A stretch of DNA of 45,552 nt, the filler included, from Streblomastix strix (lineage: Eukaryota), in assembly GCA_008636045.1 (NCBI GenBank). It is 2 parts of 2 records of this genome, joined end to end, with 100 filler letters (N's around TTAATTAATTAA, not from the genome) between each part and the next. Parts side by side here need not be neighbours in the genome. Positions count along the whole stretch, not along the records: positions 1 to 22,734 come from SNRW01000311.1; 1 more part is not named here. The stretch is one strand, 5' to 3'. The notes below the pieces were generated by a model. That model had not been told where the DNA came from, ran no database searches, and saw nothing but the letters and a program-made list of their open reading frames with translations. Position 1 is the first letter of the stretch. Every line of letters starts with the position of its first letter. The position numbers were made by a program, and so were the translations under genes. Below are positions 1 through 12,956 of this stretch, in pieces.

Positions 1-737
1 ATGGCATAGCATTAAAAGTTATAAATTTAACAATCAAATAGTTTAATTCGCATATATTTTTATTTTTACATATTATAAAACAGTAATTAATATTGTACAA
101 TAAATAATATTATAAATATTTTATGCATTATTGAAAAAAATATATTTTTTCATTTCAATGATTTTAAACTAAATAGAAAGAAAACAAAATATTTAATAAT
201 AAAAAAAAATAAACATTACTTCTACAAAATATCCTGAATTTTATCTTTGTGATTATTCTAACTATTATCTTATTATTCCATGGTTTCGATTTTGCGAAGA
301 TTTTGGCTTAGAAATTCGCCCAACTCGCCCGCCCGCCCAATTCACCCTGGGCGAATTGAGAATTTTGAACACTTGATTTGTGGGTTCAAAACTATTCAGT
401 ATTCATTATTATTTAAAAACTTGACATTTTTAGAATTTTTGTTGAAATTGAAGCTATCGATGCAAAGTAATGATATGAAAAATAATATGCAGAATAATTA
501 TGTGGTTTACCTGTATAGATTCTTAAAAATTATATAATTAATTTATTATTATAGTCAAAGAATGACTTTAATATAATTTATATAAATATTATTACCAGTA
601 TCATATTTATTAAATTCTAACTTAAATTTCGATCTTATTAAACGATTATTAAACAAATTTATGTATATGTTAAACTTAAATCATCATAGTGTACAATTTG
701 ATGAGAATTTTGTTTAAATTTTAGGCAAAAATGTATC

Positions 738-1325
738 TTACGAGGTAATATTTTCATTCAGTGGGGTAATATTTTCATTTAGGGGGATAGCCAATGTTAC
801 ATTCTACGGGGTAACATTTACATTCTACGGGGTAACATTTTCATTCAGCGGCGCAATGAAACATTCAGCGGGGTAGCATTTACATTCTACGGTGTAACAT
901 TTAGATTCTACGGGGTAACATTTTTGATACATTCTACGGGGTAACATTTACATTCTACGGGATAACATTTTCATTCAGCGGCGCAATGAAACATTCAGCG
1001 GGGTAACATTTACATTCTGCAGGGTAATATTTTCATTTAGGGGGGTAGCCAATGTTACATTCTACGGGGTAATATTTTCATTCAGCGGGGTAGCCAATAG
1101 TACATTCTACGGGGTAATATTTTCATTCAGCGGGGTAACATTTACATTCAGCGGTGTGCATTCAATTTTCAAATATAGGGGAAATAATAGCATTTTTGGC
1201 TTATTGAGCATAATTAATATCATTTTAAAGATTTATTCTTCGGGGTAATATTTACATTCTACGGGGTAACATTTACATTCCATGGGGAAGCATTTACATT
1301 TTACGAGGTAATATTTTCATTCTAT
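738..1325. repeat. Minisatellite, ~20-25 bp unit (consensus CGGGGTAACATTTACATTCTA), with a ~130-bp higher-order repeat
   Basis: More than 20 degenerate copies are visible. Block 801-892 recurs almost exactly at 931-1022. An AT-rich stretch at ~1165-1238 interrupts the array. Confidence 0.95.
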
Positions 1326-1329
1326 GTGA

Positions 1330-3050
1330 ATGGGTTCATACGTTTTAGAAGTTTTCGTTCAGAAACGGAATGTCTTTAAGATATTAGTTTATTGGACGAC
1401 AGTCTACTATCTTCCTTAATCTTCCATCTTTACGAGGTATGAAAAAGTCTTATTATAAAATATTACTTCTCTATCCTTTACTTCTCATACTATTCCAAGA
1501 TCTAGTTCTTCATTTAGTGCAATCATAGATATACTTTTGTCTTTTAAGTTGTTCCTTTAAATTCTGAATAATGGCTATGTTTTAGCAGAAGTAATGGAGC
1601 GAGTAGGGAGATCCTGTTTGCTTATGCTCCTGGTTTTAGTTCATATGTTGCTCCTAGATTATTCCATGCTTGTTGAAACTTCAGTAATCTGCAGCTAACG
1701 TGGTCAGGGATAACGATTATTCGCTTCATTCTCAGTTTCACACTTTGTTGTATTCTATATTAGATTGTTTGTTTCGATACATGCATTTGAAAGGAGTTAG
1801 TAAGAATGTCTAGAAGATTTAATGGTGACTGGGAAAAATTTTATTTGTTACAGTTTGATATTTTTTACATTGCATTTTTGAAAATAATAATTATATTATG
1901 ATAATTCATTTTTTTGATCATTGGATGTTTATTGTACTCAATTGTCAGCTTGTCATTTTTAACTGTTGTAATTGATACTGAATCTTCCTCCTTTTCAGCG
2001 TCTATTGGAATTGCGTCCACTTAATGAGCTGAAGGATCTGATACTACCTCTTCGTCTTGAACATGAACGTTACCTAATTGATCTATCTTCTTTCATCAGT
2101 TTCTTGTCTCAAGGACTTAGAGATTTGGAAGCAGGTGGATGATGATATTTGAACTTACTGTTTCGATATGACAAATTCAGCTTTCTTATTTATTAAGCTT
2201 ATGCAGTAGCTTCACCAATTAGTTCGAAAGTATCTAGCATTTTTTCTATAGCTTCCTCTTTATCAATTAGGAATTATGACATAACAACAAAGTTCGTGCT
2301 TTAAGCTGCAGCTAGATTACGATATACATTTCCGATTTGCGGATTTCATTCATCTTCAACCATTTTTGGAGGTTCTGCAAAGATAAAGAGTGTCAGATCT
2401 TATCTTGATTTTTGTCTTAATGCTCGAATATGGTCTTCATCAAGGTCAGGGTCTAACACATCATAATTTTTAGCTTTTTGATGGATTCGTGCCTCGATCA
2501 GTCGAACTGCAGCTTTCCTGTTTTGTTTTTCACTCCATAATTGGCGAGAAGCAAGCTCTTTATCATTGGTTTTGTTTTTGGTACCTATGAAGCGATAGAA
2601 TCCGATTCTGAAATTTCAGGCTCAGTTTCAGGATCAGTTTCGATAAATCATCTGCGTTTTGTACCTGGAACTTCCACATACTCACCTGGAGTGATAGAAT
2701 ATATGTCATAATCATTCTCTAATTCATCTTGTCTTCGGAAATGAGGCTATTATCCTTCGTTGAAAATTTCTTCATCGCTAGATGCATGAATTTCAGATGA
2801 CTAGTCATCATCAAAAGAAAGAGGTGCAAATGAGTCAAATTAATCAAGATCGTTGTTGGAAGCCGCGTCTGTCGCAGTGACGAACTGATTGAATGGAAAT
2901 TTCGTTCATGCACGGAAGCCCGGTTATTAGTCGTCACCATCCTCGTCATTTGAGTTATCACCCAGCTAATTGTTACAATTCTGCAGTCTAACTGTCATGG
3001 TGCTCGAGTAGAAACGGACGTGACGAATAATATAGGCTAATCCATAGAGA
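1330..3050 (-). mobile_element. Truncated, decayed DIRS-like (tyrosine-recombinase class) retrotransposon: gag-like ORF followed by RT N-terminus
   Basis: Intronless and more GC-rich than flanks. Minus strand (TAR=Q) gives gag-like helical text (NPQIGNVYRNLAAAQSTNFVVMSQFLIDKEEAIEKMLDTFELIGEATAQAQQIRK), then an RT start. Several TGA stops and frameshifts are present. Confidence 0.7.
1335..1711 (-). pseudogene. Reverse transcriptase N-terminal fragment (DIRS-type), frameshifted and truncated before the YxDD motif
   Basis: Reads HVSCRLLKFQQAWNNLGA...EELDLGIV*EVKD...NKTFFIPRKDGRLRKIVDCRPINQYLKDIPFLNE. This matches the DIRS/Gypsy RT pattern GGRL..F...W / F.VPKK.G..R.I.D.R.LN..L. Confidence 0.75.
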
Positions 3051-3328
3051 CAGGCACTCTATACACAATAACCAATGCTCGTTTTAAATTTTCGAATCTG
3101 CAAAAAGTGCAATTAGCATAAAATAGCTATATTTTTTAATAGGATAAATACAATATTGGAATATTTATTAAAAAAGAACCGGTTCAATAATAATTCAATA
3201 GTGGAATTGAGAATTAATAATTCTATAAATGAGTTATATTTGAAACCAACATTACAGACACAAAATAAAACCCTCATCGAATGATAAATAATCATCTACA
3301 ATCTATTTTCAAATTTTTATCATCCATT

Positions 3329-4949
3329 TCACTGTATTTCATACTAGTTTAGAAGCTGAATCAATTTCGCTGCATGAGTTTCAATTTTCTTCACTGTGTC
3401 ACTTGAAAGTGTCACTGTTGTAATCAGTGGCATAATCTTCGGTTTACTCGACCTTAATTCTTTCAGCTTCTCAAAATCAGTGTTTTACTACAGCTCTTAT
3501 TCTCTTGGAGTCGTATCTTCATCATGCAGGATTACACCATCTGCCAATTCTTGTAGTCTAATAATATATATATTTGAATATTGTTTTAAATAAACAGATT
3601 AAAAATTATAAATTTAAATATCCTTATAAAAAATATTATAAAAATTAACCTGCTCAATCCTCTTTCGTTCTTAAAGGCATCAATGACCTAATAAATTAAT
3701 ATAATAATTAATAAAAGCAAATAAATTTTAATTAAATTGATTAAAAATAAAATAAATTTAAATAAAATATTTAATAATATAATTTTATACTTGATTGTGA
3801 GTTTATGTTGATCCTTTTTCCATGAGCAGAACTAAACACCACAGAATGAGCAGGAATGATTGTTGGTTGTAACTATGCCTGAATTTAATAAAATTATTGA
3901 AAATGTGATTAAAATATATATTAAAAAAGAAAATAATATAAAAAATATTCAAAATTTCATTTCAATATATAATTAATATATAAATGAATCAATACAATCA
4001 ATATATACAAAACCTCATCATATCATCAAATCCCTTCAGCCAATTCTCTGCAACGATCAAATCGTGATTATCCGCACATGCAGACAGCGAACAGAAGACT
4101 TGGCAATCAGCTTTCGATTCCCAAGTCTCAGTAGAAATGGCTTAGTTTTTAAGCACTGGAATTATTGGGTGGTATTCTTATGGTAAAGCAACTCCCTGAT
4201 GAAGCCTTCCAATACACATCGCAATGATTGGCCGGAATAATTCAGGTTTGATTGGCAAGTTGAAAAGTGCCATCAGTGTTTTTGTATATCCTTCTCTCTC
4301 GAAGTCTTCTCTGAAAGGATGAGGTTTGTTCGGATCAATCAGATACAAGGTCCATCCAACAACATTATTGATGATGATCACTGCATGATGCAGAGCTAGA
4401 AGCTATGGGACAGATAGAACAACATCTTCCTATTATGTCAGATATGTGAGCGCAGTAGTTGATTATGAACTTGATAGAGAAAATGGGTTCGGTTGATATG
4501 AATATGCATTCGGTGAGAAAGGAAAAGCACCAGAAGATGCAGAAGGTGCCTAAGATGTTTAAGATGAAGAACCACCATCTGGTATCGCAATAGAAAGACC
4601 ACCACCAGCAGATTATTACTCAGAAGGATCAGATACAACTTCAGTCACCTAAGGAATACCATCTCTCTACAACTGAGGTAACTACGACAATGACTTTGTA
4701 TACTAACTCTGTTACTTCACTGAATTATACAGATCAATATACTGCTATATAAGACCAGCACACACTTTCATCACATACATGTACTCAGTGAACATCTTCT
4801 TGGTCCCAGGAGCTGCTCTTCTTATTACCCAGACAAGCGCGTTTGTCTGGAGCTGGTTGATCTTCTCAATCCCGCGGTATGGTTATACAGTGAGGACTTT
4901 GCACAGCCTTTGTATGAGGGGTGTTTTGAGGACGATGTCGACAGCTGTG

Positions 4950-4990
<41 letters not shown>

Positions 4991-7900
4991 ATTAGTGATG
5001 TAAAGGAATATTATTAAAAATTAAAAAAATATTATATTAAATAAATAAATTAATTAATATTATATTATATTAAATTTATATTCTTTTTTTTGTTTATTTA
5101 TATATTCACTTAAACATCAATAAAAATACATACCACTAGTCCCTTCAGCCAGAAATCCAATCACAACACAAGACTCATTGACCAGATATTCCTGTTCATC
5201 ATCAGCTTATAAATGTCTCTCATCAATACCAGATAAAGTAATCCCTCTTTTAGCTCTTATTGATCCAAAAGACTGAAGTATTCCTTCCTATGAGAATTGG
5301 TTGATGAAAAGTTTCTGTGTTGGGGCGATCAATTTAGTTGTTGATTTCTGTCCAATTGAAGGAGGTGGAGGTGATAATGGTGTTGGAATTGATTGTTTTG
5401 AGAGTGTTCTGTTTCTGATTGATTGAGCATTGACTTGTTCTGGAGATAATAAATAGTTTCCTGATTTCTGTTATCTTTGTTCTTCTTCTTCTTTTCTTGT
5501 ATCTCGGATTATTATCAAATCGCTTAGATCATAGAAGATTGATTTTCTGCACAGTTGTTTGATGAAATCTTCATCTTCATCTGGAAGTCTGTTTTTGATC
5601 AATGCGAGAGCTCGACGAACCAAGAGGCGATCTTCATCACTGAAGAAATAATAAATGAAATAAAAATATTAAATAAAATTGAAAGAATTAATATATAAGT
5701 GATTTGAACTAAATAATAAATATGAAAACATTAAAATACAAAATTATTAAAAATTATTTAATTAATCTTATTTCATACCAATATCTTGACGCAGCAGCAA
5801 GCAAATAAATATATTTTGTGTGATCAAGGAACGAGTCATCGTCATCATTAGGATCTATAATAATTAAAAAACAATTAGATTAAATAAATAAATTTAAATA
5901 AATGCAAATAACATAAATAATATAAATATATATAATAAATAATAATTTTTCTATTTATCCATTCATATATATTTAATAATATATATTCACACCATCATTA
6001 TCAACAGCTCTCATCAACTGCTTCTTCTTCCCTTTCGCAGCATCTTCAGCAGCAGCCAACTTCTTATCTTTGTCTTTGATCACATCATTCAATCTTTATT
6101 TCTCTTTATCTTTTGCATCTTGGAGATCTCTAAGTCTTTTCTCCAAATCTGCGATTCTTTTCAGTAGTTCTGGATTGGGCGATTCTGAAGTCTAAGGGAT
6201 TTGTTTCTGTGTTATTTATTGTTATTATTAAGGTTCTTTCTATTTCAGAGCTTCTGCTAATTATTTCTCCAAATCTGCAATTCTTTTCTGTAACTGTTCA
6301 TTATCAGCTTAATTCTGCTGTACTTATCTCTGAAGTGTTCCTTAATCTTTTGGCTTCTGCGCATCAGCCAGTTATTTCTCCAGATCTGCAATTCTCTTCT
6401 TCAATTCTGCATTTGGATCTGCTTATTAGTATTAGAAAAGCTTCTGTATTAATCCGGGTTCTTTTGGCTCTTTTGGTTATTGTAGGTCAGCCAATTATTT
6501 CTCCAAGTCGGCTATTTTTTTCTGTAATGCAGCATTGGCATCTTCATTTTACTGGATCTGCTTCTGGAGAAGTTCTTTTTCTTTCTATTTTTATGCTTCT
6601 GCTAATTATTTCTCTAAATCATCAATCCTTTTCTATAATTCTGCAGTTGCTGAATCATCATTTTTTGGTTTTTATTCTATTTCTTTTTCTTTAGGTTTCT
6701 GCTCTTCTGCCAATTATTTCTCCAGCTGATCAATTCTTTTCTGCAACTCTGCATTTGCTGCTTCATTCTGCTGAACTTGTTTCTGAAGCAATTCTTATTC
6801 TTTCTGGTTCAATGCTTCTGCAAGTTATTTCTCAAGATCTGCAATTCTATTCTTCAAATCTTCGTTTTCTTTTTGAAGTTCTTTGATCTACGGTATTAAT
6901 AATTCTTTATCTTTCACAGCTTCAGCCAATTATTTCTCCAATTCAGCAATTCTCTTATTAAGTTCATCATTATCTTTCAGAAGACTCTAGTTCTAAGCAT
7001 TTGCAATATCATGAGGTTGTTGATCATCTTGGATCTTCTTCTCTAATGCATTGATTTTTTTCTGCAATTCTTCATTGTCATTCAAAAAACCTTAGCACTG
7101 CGCAAGAGCTTACTCAAGCGGTTTTTATGCTTCAGCCAATAGTTTCTCAAGTTCAGCAATCCTTTTCAGTAGTTTTGCATTATCATTCTGCAAGTTATCA
7201 ATTTTATCATCTTTTTCTTAATCTTTCTATTTTTATGCTTCAATTTCATTTTGATCTTTATCTTTATTCTTCTCTTTTTCTTTCTCTTCTTCCATCTCAT
7301 CTATTTTATTCTTCAATTAATTTAATAGTTTCCTTTTTTCAATCAAAGTTTCATCTTTTTCTCTCAGCGCTTCATCTTTAATCCTGTTTTCAATTTTATT
7401 CTCAGTTAATGCTGAATCTAGCAAATAAATTTCTCGATCTTTTTCTTTCAAAATTTTATCATATTACTGATTTTCTTTTTCGTATTCTGAATTTTTTTCT
7501 TTTTCGGCTTCTAATTGTTTCTTCAATTCATCTAATTCTTTATCTATTAATTCACTATCCGGTTTTTATGATTGAGCTTGAGCTAATTATTGCTTTAAAT
7601 CATCAATCAGCTTCTAATTTTCCTTCAATTAATCATTCAATATTTGATTTTCTTTCTCTTTTTCTTTCAAATTTGAATCTTTCTTCTGATTTTCTTTCTC
7701 TAAATCTGCATTTTTTGCTTATTCAGCTTCAAATTTTTTCCTCAATTCGTCGATTTCTTTATTCTTCTAATCAATATCTGGCATTTTAGATTCATTTTCA
7801 TTCATTTTCTTTCTCAGTTCATCAATAACTTTATCTTTATCCTTCAATTTCGCTTCTAATCCTTAATTATCCTTCTCTTTATCCTTCAATGCGGCATCTT

Positions 7901-8852
7901 TCAATTGATTCTGTTTCTCCTTCTCTTAAATCTAAGCTTAATCATCATTATTCTACTTCTTCAGCTTCTAAATTTCTTTGTCTTTCTGTTCAATATCTTT
8001 ATCTCGATCTTTAATCAGTTGCGTGTCTCTTTGCTTATCAACTTCCATCATCTGGATCTCAGCTTCACAACCTCGAAGTTTCTCTTCAAGCTCATATATT
8101 TAATCTTTCGCTTTTTTATCGCTCGTTTATAGCTGCAGAACATCAGTTTCAAATTGTTTCATTTTTGAGTCTTGTTGGTTGATTACATTTTGCTTCTTCT
8201 TGCATTCCATGCATTCAATGGTTTTCTTATCGTTTTCTTGGTATTCTGCAATTAGATGCTTCAGTTCGGCAATTTATTTAGAATTATCGTCCAACTGACG
8301 TTTCTAATCTTCAACTGTCTTATTATTCGATTCAACCTGCTTCTTCAAATCATCAATTGTTTTATCTTTATCACCCAATTACTTCTTCAGATCTGCAATT
8401 GTAGCTTAGTCCTTCTTCTTATCAGCTTCCAGAGATGCAATTTTAGTTTCTGATGTTTTCAGTTTCTGATTCAATTCTGCGATTTGCGAATCTTTTTTTG
8501 CGCAATTCTCGCATTTCACGGGTTTGCTTTTATCGGCCAGTTGTTTCTTTAGATCTGCGATCGTCTTCTAATCTTTCTACTGTTGATCTTCCAATGCTAA
8601 AATATCAACTTCGCATCCTTTAAGCTTCTCTTCAAGTTCATCAATCGTTTCTTGTTTCTTTTTAAGTTCCAGTGCATTTCCATCCGGTTTCTTCTTTTCA
8701 CCTAATTATTTTCGCAGATCTGCTATTATTTATTAATCTTTCTCTTTATCCGCTTCAAGTCCGATTATTTCTACTTCGCACTCTTTCAGTTTCTCTTCTA
8801 ATTCATCGATTATCTCTTGTTTCTTTTTTAGCTAAATATCTAATCCAGACAT
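3329..8852 (-). CDS. ~1,577-aa hypothetical protein: long coiled-coil N-terminal region plus helical C-terminal domain; 7 exons (8852-5993, 5854-5779, 5639-5134, 4950-4014, 3878-3791, 3687-3650, 3557-3329)
   Basis: ATG at 8852 gives MSGLDIQLKKKQEIIDELEEKLKECE. Introns are GT-AG and the summed exon length is divisible by 3. Ends LIQLLNQYEIQ-TGA. Heptad-rich with a repeated LQKRIADLEKQLAEA motif. Confidence 0.85.
4952..4988. repeat. (TA)n microsatellite at the 3' end of an intron
   Basis: Perfect TA run directly abutting the minus-strand acceptor AG at 4951-4952. Confidence 0.95.
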
Positions 8853-9924
8853 GGAAGTTCTGATTAAGATTTATTTAATAAATTAAATTAAAATAAAATT
8901 TATAATAAAGTTATAATAAAAAATGAATTAAGACAATGGCTAATTGTAAATTTCAATTATTAATTAAATAGATATAAATTGCTTGAATATGATTGATTAA
9001 AGTTCGGAATTCGGATTATAAATGCTGAAAATATTTCATAAAAAATATTTTTATAAAATATTATTCTAAATATTGCACAATAGGTTGTAAACGTGATATT
9101 TTTAAAATTGCTGGATTATTGGCTCATAGAAAATTAGTTTGGTTGTAAAAAGTGCAAATTAATATCAAAAAATTTATTATTGTGATTTATTTTGAATTTT
9201 AATAAACGTATCTTGCCAATTTTGTTGACAAATCAAGAAAATGTTTGAATGATGGAATTTCAATTTATTTATATTTTGAGTTTCATTGAAATAAATTTAC
9301 AAATTTTAAATTAAATTAATAAGTTAGAACAAAATAGAAATGATTGTAAAAAAATTATATCCAGAATAACAACTTCTTCCAACATTTGCATGAAAAATTG
9401 GATGGGCCTGATAAAATTCTGGTAATCTCATTCTTTCTAAAGGAACGTAACTCACTAATTATATTCATGGTGCAATTTCACTTCTTGCCTCCAATCTGAC
9501 TACTATCGATTGCGATTTGCAATTCCTTAACAACATCAGCGTTCCCTCTAGCCTTTGGACTTGTTGCATTTTGCAACAAATCAAAAATTAATTAATCATT
9601 TATTATGCATATTTATATTTTCGCTCGGCCCTTCAGGTCTTGCAATATCTTATCATTTATAAATTATATTATTTTAATTATCAATTGTTAATGCATCAAG
9701 TTAAAATTCAATGCAATAAGTCACTTGATGCAAAAGGGATCACTGAACAACATTAAAAGAGATTTGTTATAAGGAATTCAAAGAAATGAAGATGAAATTG
9801 AATCTGCAATTAATAAGAAAACTCTCTAAGCACGGAAAATTTAATATTTTTATTAGAGCAGCATATCATCAACTATTGAAAATTTATACCGGAAAATGAA
9901 TTACCTCCTTCTGAAATGGTGAGC

Positions 9925-11095
9925 ACTTTTTATTTAAGTTTTGATGATGATTATGGATGGTGTTGATATTGAGTACTTAGATCTATTTATTATTTATTTT
10001 TATGTGGTGACTATGATTAGTGTTGATATTGAGTATTCGGATCTATATAATATTTTTTTTGAAAATTATTACGAATCTTGTTGATTTTGAGTATTTAGTT
10101 CAATTTAATATTTAATATTTTGATGATGATTATGAATCGTTTTATTATTGAATATTTAGATCTACATATCATTGATGATTTGATGAGGGATATAATTTGT
10201 TCTGCAATACATTTGATTGAGTTCAATATAGATTGTATTTGAAGGATGATAATGAATCTTGTAGATATAGAGTATTCAGATCAATTTAATATTTACGTTT
10301 TGATGTTCACTACGATTCGTGTTAATATTGAGTTTTCAAATCTTTTCATTATTTATGTTTTGGTGATGATTATGAATCGTGTTGATATTGTGCATTCAGA
10401 TCTATTTATTATTTAAATTTTGATTGAGGTTACAAATCGTTTTGATATTGAAAATTGAGATCAATTTATTATTTATGTTTTGATAATGATTATGGATCGT
10501 ATTGATATTAAGCTTTCAGATCTATTTATTATTTAAATTTTGATTGAGGTTACGAATCGTATTGATATTGAAAATTGAGATCAATTTATTATTTATGTTT
10601 TGATAATGATTATGGATCGTTTTGATATTAAGCTTTCAGATCTATTTATTATTAATAATTTTATGATAGCTATGAATCGCGCAGATATTTAATTTTTAAA
10701 TCTATGAATTGTTTAATGTTTGATGATTATTATGAATTACGTTTAAATTGAGTATTTAGACCTATTTATTATTTATATTTTGAAGATGGTTATAAATAGT
10801 GTTGAAATTGAGTACTCATATCTATACAGTATTTATATTTTGTTGATTATTATGGATCACTTTGATGTTGAGTATGCAGATCAATATATTATTAAGCTTT
10901 GATGATAAATATAAATTGTGTTGATATTTAATATTCAGATTTATTTTTTATTTTTTTTAGTGATGGCTTTGAATAGTGTTGATATTGAATATTCAAATCA
11001 ATTTAATATTTTTTAAATGATGGTTATGGATCGTTTTGAAATTGAATATTCAGGACTATTAATTTTTTATACGTTGATGAAGGATATAATTCATT
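9925..11095 (-). repeat. ~19 copies of a 60-bp tandem repeat encoding a 20-aa Gln-rich unit (approx. QQIDLNTQYQHDSQSSSKxK) on the minus strand; probably a pseudogenised repeat protein
   Basis: Period 60 is visible (AGATCTATTTATTATTT recurs every 60 nt). A near-identical 120-bp dimer is duplicated at ~10397-10636. Minus frame reads DLKAQYQYDPQSLSKHKQQIDLNFQYQNDLQPQSKFKQQID but has TGA stops near 10170-10225 and indels. Confidence 0.85.
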
Positions 11096-12956
11096 CTGCT
11101 ATACATTATGTTGACATCTTCTTTGAAATTGATTACTAGAATAGATCAGGTATGACTTATTATTCAGATTCTGTTCTACTTTGATGGGTCCATAATACCC
11201 GTTATACAAATTATAAAATTATTATTTACAGACAGAAAAAATATTCGAACCTTATATATATATTGAAAGGATTATATTAATTGTGCAAAATTTTTCACTT
11301 TCATAAAAAACATCAAAAAATGCATATTGAGAAAAATTTAAAACAAAGAATTAGTCACTTAAGTCATAAATTGATAAAAAAGAGGTCCCCCCTTGGGATT
11401 AGATGAAATTATTGTTTCAAAAATGATAATGAATAAGTAGATATAGATAAAAATTTCAGAGTAAAAAAATTTTCCTGTAAAATTAACTGTTTAAAAGTAT
11501 TTAATTTTCTGGAAACATTTCAGTTATAAGATAAATCAAAAGAAAACTTAATTTAATTTTTAATAATATATTATTCAAACAAATAAATCTATGAAAAAAA
11601 GAAATGATTCTTGAAATGTAGTTTGTATATATAATCCGTTAATTTTATTTGCATTGATAGCAAAATAAGCCTATTACTTTATAAATTTGCAAATAATTAA
11701 ATTTGAAAATTCAGATAAGCTATAATGCAATTTTTTATTAATTTGATAAATATTAGCATGGTTATATTAAAATTATATTAATTAAAAAAATTAAGTAAAT
11801 AAATTTAATATTTTTGCTATGTATTTTATATATATTTGAAACTTGGTTGCATATATGTGAGGTGATTGATCTTTTGATTTTCACGCTTAGCATCTCGAGT
11901 GTATATCATTTAAGCATCTATAACTAAGTTCAATATTATATTCTGTAATAAAATTTACTATTATATATAATTATCACATATTCATTATAAAGAAATCTTT
12001 AATCGAATGAAGAATTTCCGTCAAAGTTAATATTGATAAAACTTAATTGGATGTCGAATTCGACAATGGGAAATTTCATGTCGAAATCAACATTTGCAAA
12101 TTTTCTAACTTATAAACATATCAGTTTACTAAGCTTTAATTATATTCTATATATGACATATATTTATCCAAATTGCCATTAGATAATAACGTTTTAAATA
12201 CCAGAATAAGACTAAAATTTTAATACTTCTTATGTGATTGGGCAAATAAATCCTTCGTTTTATTATTTTTTATCAGTTAATCTCTAAAAAAAATATCTTT
12301 TTATACAGAAAAACTATTAGAAGTGGAAAAAAAAAACGATTAAGAAAATAATGATTAGGATGCAGAAAATGAAGATGTTTTAGATTTCAGTTTGAAACTC
12401 ATTATATTTGAACTTAAGCAAAGCTGACTACAATCAAATTAATTTGAAGTGAAATATTGTAGTGATTTTACTTAAAAAATTAAAATAAGTATATATATAG
12501 ATTAGAAAAATAAATAATTACAATTAGCAAATTAATCTTAAATAAATTTAATTAAATTCAAGAAAAAATATGTTGCATCTGAGAAGTTTGTAATGTTTTT
12601 TTTATCCAATCGTTTTTTTCTGTTATTATTCATATTTTCATTAAATTTCGATTAAATTTTTATTTTATGCAAATTAGCTAACAAATATGAATAGACTAAC
12701 ACTAAAAATGCAATAAGATTTCTGTAATAAATAATTATTTTTGTTTTTTTACCAATATTTCATGTTCTGTTAATTATAATTTACGTTTATTATAATAAAT
12801 GATAGAAAATATTCGTTTTTTTCTAAATAATTATTAATACATTGATACTACATTAATCATTTTTTATTTTTTTCTTCAAAATAATAAATAAATATTATTT
12901 ATATAAATTTCATTACATATTTATTATTTTAACTTTTTACAATAATTTTCCCAGAA

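Noticed and set aside
738..1325. CRISPR array or telomeric repeat
   Set aside because: Units are contiguous and degenerate with no spacers, and the array is internal rather than a short perfect telomere repeat.
6209..8863. Plus-strand hydrophobic L/F/I-rich ORFs in the supplied track (also 33887-38283)
   Set aside because: They are antisense shadows of K/E/Q-rich minus-strand genes that only open under TAR=Gln.
9360..9915. Short coding-like patches (minus ~9360-9585; plus MQKGSLNNIKRDLLQG... ~9728-9915)
   Set aside because: Short, interrupted and with no recognisable domain; at most gene debris.
9925..11095. CRISPR-like regular array
   Set aside because: The whole 60-bp unit is homologous, so there are no unique spacers; no cas genes; eukaryotic context.
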